Part shown: in pieces, positions 46,196 to 50,913 of the stretch
How the letters are laid out: each line of letters starts with the position of its first letter
Numbering within the stretch: position 1 is the first letter of the stretch
Source: Salmonella phage slyngel
Sequence record: MT074433.1
Strand: one strand, 5' to 3'
DNA: 50,913 nucleotides
Made by a program: the position numbers and the translations under genes
Notes under the pieces: model-generated
What the model was told of the DNA's origin: nothing
Seen by the model: only the letters and a program-made list of their open reading frames with translations
Databases searched by the model: none

Positions 46196-46358
46196 ATAGA
46201 CGGGCGGCAAGGATTGCTGCGGGAGAGGAGCAACGCAGGGGCTTGATCGAAGTGTCAGGATTCCCAACCGTGAGGCCAGAACTATCACACTCGCCACCAG
46301 GCAGAACGCTAGATAGGTCACTGAACTGAGGCTGCCGACGAAGTGAAGCCCGTCACCA
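46196..46358 (+). ncRNA. candidate structured non-coding RNA
   Basis: Begins at the predicted TSS; GACGGGC(46199-46205) pairs with GCCCGTC(46348-46354), followed by ACCA; internal CTGCG/CGCAG helix; no + strand ORF of useful length. Confidence 0.6.
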
Positions 46359-46391
46359 AAGATTAAACGGTTATTTATGTGAAAGGGGTTA

Positions 46392-46574
46392 ATGATGGAT
46401 AAGATCATCAAAATGAGCGAAGTCAAGCCTGGAATGATGGTTAAGTTTGCTGGCAAATATCGCCTAGTGCTGGATAACTGCCGCAAAGAGAACATTCTCA
46501 CCATTCGCGTTAACGGCAAGGCGCAGCTATTCGCCCCCAACGCAGATATTAATGTTGAAGTCAGAATTAAGTAA
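46392..46574 (+). CDS. hypothetical protein
   Basis: ORF with SD AAAGGGG. Confidence 0.65.
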   Translation: MMDKIIKMSEVKPGMMVKFAGKYRLVLDNCRKENILTIRVNGKAQLFAPNADINVEVRIK

Positions 46575-46642
46575 TAAGCCAGGCCGGAAAATCCGGCCTA
46601 TAACCAGAAGTAATTTTGTTAAACCAATCAGGAGAAAGCACT

Positions 46643-47536
46643 ATGTTAAAATTAGCTAACATCAAATTCCCGATCACATTCGAATCTCGCGGCATTGGTC
46701 ATTACACGTTCACAGATAAGAACACTTGCCATAAGGTTCGGTCGAATAGCGACAAGCCAGAGCCATCAACTATGGAGATTGAACACTTCATTGATGCGCA
46801 CAATGACCTCTACCACTCACGCAAAGACTACGGCTACGCAATGCCAGGATACACATGCTTGCACTACAAGCCATACAAGGGCCAGGTGTTACCAGTGCGC
46901 TCACCGGAGCGCGCAGAGATTCCGATGGTCGAGGTGAAAAACTGCGACTACAAAAAATTGTGGTGCTTAAGCGTGGATAACATCAAGTATCCGATCGTAT
47001 TCCGCTCGGCTGGTAATTCAACGATTCGCTATACGTCACCAGACAATGGCGTTTATAGCGACGGTCAGAAATCAGAGCTTAAGGTTGATTTTTTTGTTAA
47101 TGGTCACAACAAATTCAATCCGTACAATGAAAAAGATAAAATTTACTACGTGGAAGACATTACAAAACACTTGTTTGGCGAAACTCCATTCGGCGGCGGG
47201 AAGACGTCAATTCAGCAAATCATTGGCGAAGAGATCCATAAGGCAGCCACCGAAATGAAAGCGCCTGGAGGCTGGCGTATTGATAAGAGCGCCATTGCAT
47301 ATCAAGAAATCGTAACGCAGGGCGCTATTGAAGATATGCCGCTTTCCGCCACGCTAAAAGGAGTCCAGCTTGATGACGGCGTCTGGTATGTATTAACGGC
47401 AAAACCAAAGACTATCGAAATTCATGATGACGTTGTTATCCTCCTGCTTCATTACGGCGGCGCTAAAACCCGGACTGTTGCAGGTGAGATCAGCATCAAG
47501 CGCGGAACGATGGTTAAGTGGAAGGTAAAAGTGTAA
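46643..47536 (+). CDS. hypothetical protein with internally duplicated domain
   Basis: ANIKFPITFESRG..HYTFTD... and DNIKYPIVFRSAGNSTIRYTSPD... Confidence 0.8.
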   Translation: MLKLANIKFPITFESRGIGHYTFTDKNTCHKVRSNSDKPEPSTMEIEHFIDAHNDLYHSRKDYGYAMPGYTCLHYKPYKGQVLPVRSPERAEIPMVEVKNCDYKKLWCLSVDNIKYPIVFRSAGNSTIRYTSPDNGVYSDGQKSELKVDFFVNGHNKFNPYNEKDKIYYVEDITKHLFGETPFGGGKTSIQQIIGEEIHKAATEMKAPGGWRIDKSAIAYQEIVTQGAIEDMPLSATLKGVQLDDGVWYVLTAKPKTIEIHDDVVILLLHYGGAKTRTVAGEISIKRGTMVKWKVKV

Positions 47537-47579
47537 ATAGCACGAATTGTTAAAACTCAAATGTGGGGCCAGGTATAAT
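47537..47579 (+). promoter_or_regulatory. conserved phage promoter motif, GAATTG variant
   Basis: ATAGCACGAATTGTTAAAAC; TTGTTA-21 nt-TATAAT. Confidence 0.82.
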
Positions 47580-47609
47580 GGCCTCACTTTCAACGAAGGA
47601 GATAAAGCG

Positions 47610-47840
47610 ATGTATATTAACAAGAAGATGAAATGCGTTTCCGTTAACTATGGTTGTGCTGGAATGTTCAAGCCTGGCGAAATCTATAAGGCGCAAAAAC
47701 TGAAATCATCAACCGGATCCTTTTACGTGAGCAATAGTAAGGGGCATCGCATGTTCCTGAACGGTGGCGAAGGAACTAAGGTTATGGCGCACGCTATGGT
47801 AATTGCTGAATTTGAGGAAGTGAAAGATGGAAACAAATAA
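47610..47840 (+). CDS. hypothetical protein
   Basis: Start MYINKKMKCVSVNYG about 25 nt after predicted TSS. Confidence 0.65.
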   Translation: MYINKKMKCVSVNYGCAGMFKPGEIYKAQKLKSSTGSFYVSNSKGHRMFLNGGEGTKVMAHAMVIAEFEEVKDGNK

Positions 47841-48048
47841 GCGCGTTAAACACAAGTTTATTGATAATCATGGTGATGCACTTGAGGTATACAAGTTTGG
47901 TGATCGCGTGTTTATTGATGGAACGTTTCAAGGTGGAAGTATGCCGGATTTTAGGTCGATACTCACCATTGACCAGGTGCGCAAGCTGGCGGATAAGTTA
48001 AATGATCTGGCAGATGAAATCGAATACAAGCAAATCCATTTCAATTGA
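47827..48048 (+). CDS. hypothetical protein
   Basis: ORF overlapping neighbour. Confidence 0.6.
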   Translation: METNKRVKHKFIDNHGDALEVYKFGDRVFIDGTFQGGSMPDFRSILTIDQVRKLADKLNDLADEIEYKQIHFN

Positions 48049-48059
48049 TAGGCGTGATA

Positions 48060-48602
48060 ATGAAAAAATACGAATTTGAACTTTGGGGCAGCAAATACCA
48101 TTTTTCCACGAGCAAGCCGATTGTTATCGTTGACCTGGACGGCACTTTATCAGATGGAACGCATCGCTTGCACCTGCTTCCGACAGAAGATTTGCACCTT
48201 ACAGAAAGCTGGTCTGAGTTCAACAAGGCGGCTGTTGGAGATTCGCCGATTAATAGCACGGTTGCAGTGGTTAACGGATTATGGATGTCAGGATTTGCCA
48301 TAGTTATCCTGACCGGACGCAGCGACGAAGTGATGGCGGATACCTGCAAGTGGCTTAGTGAAAGCGGCGTCAAGTACGATGCGTTAATCATGCGCCGCAA
48401 GGAAGACAACCGCAAAGATACGATCATCAAAGAAGAAGTATTGCGCGCTATCGGCCTGGAAAACATTGTGTGCGCTTTTGATGATTCGCCGAACGTGGTT
48501 AAGTACTTCCGCAGCCTGGGAATCACAACCTATCAGGTCACGGAATACGACAAGCCACATAACCATATCCAATCGCATGGCGTGGAGGAATTGCAGAAAT
48601 GA
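48060..48602 (+). CDS. HAD-family phosphatase (polynucleotide kinase phosphatase-like)
   Basis: IVDLDGTLSDGTHR...ILTGRSDEVMADTCKWL...FDDSPNVVKYFR. Confidence 0.85.
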   Translation: MKKYEFELWGSKYHFSTSKPIVIVDLDGTLSDGTHRLHLLPTEDLHLTESWSEFNKAAVGDSPINSTVAVVNGLWMSGFAIVILTGRSDEVMADTCKWLSESGVKYDALIMRRKEDNRKDTIIKEEVLRAIGLENIVCAFDDSPNVVKYFRSLGITTYQVTEYDKPHNHIQSHGVEELQK

Positions 48603-48778
48603 TGCAATCAACTGTTATTAAATTCCTGGGTAGTGACTGCGAGGAAGTAAACGAGTGTTTCACTGCTGGTAAGCGTTATCATGCTGATGTGTCAAGCGCT
48701 GGAAATTACTTTGTTTACGATGATCATGGTGACACATGGGTCATTGACCAAGATGATGAAGAATTTTCAGTAGAATAG
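48599..48778 (+). CDS. 59-aa acidic hypothetical protein (below ORF-track cutoff)
   Basis: MMQSTVIKFLGSDCEEVNECFTAGKRYHADVSSAGNYFVYDDHGDTWVIDQDDEEFSVE*; ATGA overlap. Confidence 0.7.
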   Translation: MMQSTVIKFLGSDCEEVNECFTAGKRYHADVSSAGNYFVYDDHGDTWVIDQDDEEFSVE

Positions 48779-48818
48779 CACTTTTTGCAAAAACAGATTA
48801 TCGGGCTTGCGGTATAGT
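48775..48818 (+). promoter_or_regulatory. conserved phage promoter motif
   Basis: ATAGCACTTTTTGCAAAAAC; TTGCAA-22 nt-TATAGT. Confidence 0.75.
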
Positions 48819-48849
48819 AAGCCCATCGACAACAAACGAGGATTAAATC

Positions 48850-49110
48850 ATGGCTAATAAAGTGGAGTTTTTTAAAGCAGTAGACAGTATTGATGGCGCG
48901 CCGAGCTTCTTTGCTATCCAGTCAATTGACGGTGAAGATATGGCATTCAACGTTATCAGAGAAAAGAATCGTAGCGTAAACGAGCTTATCATGCTTGTGG
49001 TTAAGTTCGGGAAATGCGCATGGCGAGATTTTCCACGAGAGCCGCGCCGCCGCGACATGGTTGATCCTGTTCTGCTTTACACGCTGGTTATTGAAGGTGG
49101 CAGCAAATGA
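48850..49110 (+). CDS. hypothetical protein
   Basis: ORF after promoter motif. Confidence 0.7.
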   Translation: MANKVEFFKAVDSIDGAPSFFAIQSIDGEDMAFNVIREKNRSVNELIMLVVKFGKCAWRDFPREPRRRDMVDPVLLYTLVIEGGSK

Positions 49111-49292
49111 TTTGGTTACTTGTATTTTTAGTTGTTTTCTTTTATATTTCAGGATTATTCATCTTCCGTGCATTGGTTAAAGTGTGTGATTGCACTGATA
49201 AAGATCAGCCTCTTGTTCTGATGTTCTGGTTTGTGTGGTTTTGGGTGGCGCTTTACCAGATTGTGCGGGATGAAAGCGGCTTTAAGTGGTGA
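49107..49292 (+). CDS. small membrane protein
   Basis: Two hydrophobic segments. Confidence 0.6.
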   Translation: MIWLLVFLVVFFYISGLFIFRALVKVCDCTDKDQPLVLMFWFVWFWVALYQIVRDESGFKW

Positions 49293-49347
49293 TTCTTACT
49301 ATAGCGCATTCATGCAGTGCGCTATGTTGAGATAACAACAGGAGATC

Positions 49348-49485
49348 ATGAAGATGCGAAACTTCGAAAAAATCGTAACCAAGAAAAAGCGCTACAGCTA
49401 CGACGAGCACCGCGAGATGAATCAACGCTATCGCAAGAAGCGCCAGCGCCCAGGTAAACATTCAAGCCGATATGGAGAAAACTAA
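49348..49485 (+). CDS. 45-aa highly basic protein (below ORF-track cutoff)
   Basis: SD CAGGAG; MKMRNFEKIVTKKKRYSYDEHREMNQRYRKKRQRPGKHSSRYGEN*. Confidence 0.65.
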   Translation: MKMRNFEKIVTKKKRYSYDEHREMNQRYRKKRQRPGKHSSRYGEN

Positions 49486-49486
49486 T

Positions 49487-50077
49487 ATGAAGCGAGACAT
49501 TATCATCCTTAACGGACCGCCAGGAGTTGGCAAGGATACGCTTGCGGCATACTTAACGGGTCATCGTTACGCAGCCGTTAAAGCGTCGTTTAAACAGCCT
49601 ATGTTTGACATTGCATTCTCCATGCTTGGCGTTTACCGATATGACGAGTTTATTGATCTGTATAACGACCGAGAGCAGAAAGAAAAGCCTCAAGCAATCT
49701 TGCAAGGCAAGTCGCCTCGCCAGTTCATGATCTGGATTAGCGAAGAAATTATGAAGCCAGCTTTTGGCGAGCAATATTTCGGAAATCGCATGGTTGAGCA
49801 AGTACACGAGATGTACAGGGATTTAGCTGTTGTAATTAGTGATGGTGGATTCCCTGAAGAAATCAAGCCGCTCGTTAAGGCAGGCCATGAAGTTCACATT
49901 TGCCGACTGCATCGCGAGGGATTCACGTTTGATGGAGATTCGCGAAACTATATTGATCTGAGCGGATACCATCACCGAGTCAAGCATTACGACTTCACAA
50001 TGATTGATGGCGAGCCAGAAAAGACTGTTGACGAGATCATCAAATCGGTGCAGTGGAAACACACAAAGATTGAATAG
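49487..50077 (+). CDS. deoxynucleoside monophosphate kinase
   Basis: IIILNGPPGVGKDTLAAYL P-loop. Confidence 0.85.
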   Translation: MKRDIIILNGPPGVGKDTLAAYLTGHRYAAVKASFKQPMFDIAFSMLGVYRYDEFIDLYNDREQKEKPQAILQGKSPRQFMIWISEEIMKPAFGEQYFGNRMVEQVHEMYRDLAVVISDGGFPEEIKPLVKAGHEVHICRLHREGFTFDGDSRNYIDLSGYHHRVKHYDFTMIDGEPEKTVDEIIKSVQWKHTKIE

Positions 50078-50117
50078 CACGAATTGCTAAAAGCGGGGCG
50101 CAATGCCTCGCTATAAT
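50074..50117 (+). promoter_or_regulatory. conserved phage promoter motif, GAATTG variant
   Basis: ATAGCACGAATTGCTAAAAG; TTGCTA-22 nt-TATAAT. Confidence 0.8.
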
Positions 50118-50148
50118 GCAAACACCAATCAAAGAGAGGGCTTGAAAC

Positions 50149-50550
50149 ATGTTAGAACTTAAAGACATTCGCGTTGGAACAAAATTTCGCGTAACCTGGG
50201 CAGATGAATATTGCGGAGTTAGTAAGGGCCAGGTTGTTACGGTGGATAGTATTTATCACGGGTGCAGCAAAGACTTTCGCCGACCACGCATCAAGAATGG
50301 CTATATCATAACTCGCCGTCTTGGATTTGATCATTATTGCGTAGTGGCTACTCAAGGAGTTTTGATTGAGCTTGAGCGAATAAGCGATCATCGCGGCTGT
50401 CATGTTAAGACAATGAAAATACCATTTCTGCGAGCGAGATACGATGCGCGTCGGATGCGCCGACTTGCTCGAAATGCGATCAAGTTAAAAAAGCCTGGCA
50501 GTGCCCTTTACGGCACCTACAAAGGGATTGCGCGAAATGCTGGAAAATAA
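50149..50550 (+). CDS. hypothetical protein
   Basis: ORF after promoter motif. Confidence 0.7.
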   Translation: MLELKDIRVGTKFRVTWADEYCGVSKGQVVTVDSIYHGCSKDFRRPRIKNGYIITRRLGFDHYCVVATQGVLIELERISDHRGCHVKTMKIPFLRARYDARRMRRLARNAIKLKKPGSALYGTYKGIARNAGK

Positions 50551-50668
50551 CAACAACGCAACCAATCCAAAGCCGCCATTTGATTTTCATGAAATCATGA
50601 TTGTGTTATTCTTGATTCTCTTAGTTGTTTATTCAGTGAGGGCCGCAATATGGTTTTTAATGCACTAA
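50537..50668 (+). CDS. 43-aa membrane peptide (below ORF-track cutoff)
   Basis: MLENNNNATNPKPPFDFHEIMIVLFLILLVVYSVRAAIWFLMH*. Confidence 0.5.
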   Translation: MLENNNNATNPKPPFDFHEIMIVLFLILLVVYSVRAAIWFLMH

Positions 50669-50913
50669 AACGAATCTTTAAACCTGAATACCGGATCGTT
50701 GCTTGCACGGAATGCAAGATTTATTACCTGCAACGCCGTCGCGTTATTAGTGGGGATTGGGAATATCTGACGGATGATGCTTTCGGCTTTTGGGCTATGG
50801 AGTTCAATAGCTACAGTGAGGCGCGTGAATATGCTAAAAAGTTGCACAAGTTCCGACCTTACAAGCTGCGTTTGCTGGTTGTCAAAAAGTGCGACGTATG
50901 GGATCACGTATGA
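50650..50913 (+). CDS. hypothetical protein
   Basis: ORF, stop at 50911-50913. Confidence 0.6.
   Translation: MVFNALKRIFKPEYRIVACTECKIYYLQRRRVISGDWEYLTDDAFGFWAMEFNSYSEAREYAKKLHKFRPYKLRLLVVKKCDVWDHV

Noticed and set aside
46199-46358. Possible RNase P RNA, tmRNA or ordinary tRNA
   Set aside because: AGACGGGCGG resembles a stretch of E. coli RNase P RNA, but the conserved GAGGAAAGUCC core is absent. No tmRNA tag frame, T-arm or anticodon arm was found. Kept only as an unclassified RNA.
46166-46540. - strand ORF of 124 aa across the candidate RNA region
   Set aside because: Antisense to the + strand promoter, candidate RNA and 46392 gene; low-complexity Leu/Ser-rich translation; no SD identified.
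1-50913. CRISPR array, integrase/lysogeny module or transposon
   Set aside because: No regularly spaced direct repeats, integrase-like ORF, or terminal inverted repeats flanking a transposase were seen.

Overview
The window reads as a large part of a virulent-looking, lambda/HK97-style siphovirus genome, probably from an enterobacterial host (inference). No integrase, CRISPR array or canonical tRNA was recognised. From left to right it contains: small hypothetical genes; a + strand packaging, head and tail module (about 2.5-23 kb: TerS, TerL, portal, Mu F-like protein, DUF2213 protease/scaffold, capsid, tail tube, G/GT-type frameshifted chaperones, tape measure, M/L/K/I/J-like tip proteins); a recombination module (RecE-like nuclease, ERF, SSB); a - strand block with a tail fibre and primase; helicase, VRR-NUC nuclease and Dam-type methylase; a lysis cassette; a DUF3987 protein and a C5-methylase; and an accessory region of many very small genes.

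The most interesting signals are not protein-coding. (1) A dispersed promoter family, ATAGCACTTTTTGTTAAAAC-N(about 17-18)-TATAAT, has about 15 copies oriented with transcription. Many overlap the stop codon of the preceding gene, and several have hairpins that look like antisense terminators. Two reversed copies lie inside the structural operon. (2) A roughly 160-nt candidate structured RNA lies directly downstream of one of these promoters. Its 7-bp terminal helix is followed by ACCA. (3) Two homologous AT-rich plus G/T-rich elements sit at divergent transcription junctions (about 23.4-23.6 kb and 45.0-45.2 kb) and are candidate origins or R-loop regions. (4) A textbook A_AAA_AAC -1 frameshift site with an 8-bp hairpin lies in the tail chaperone genes. 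Several ORFs below the 60-aa cutoff of the supplied track were also found. All family assignments come from recognising sequence motifs by eye and no database search was run.
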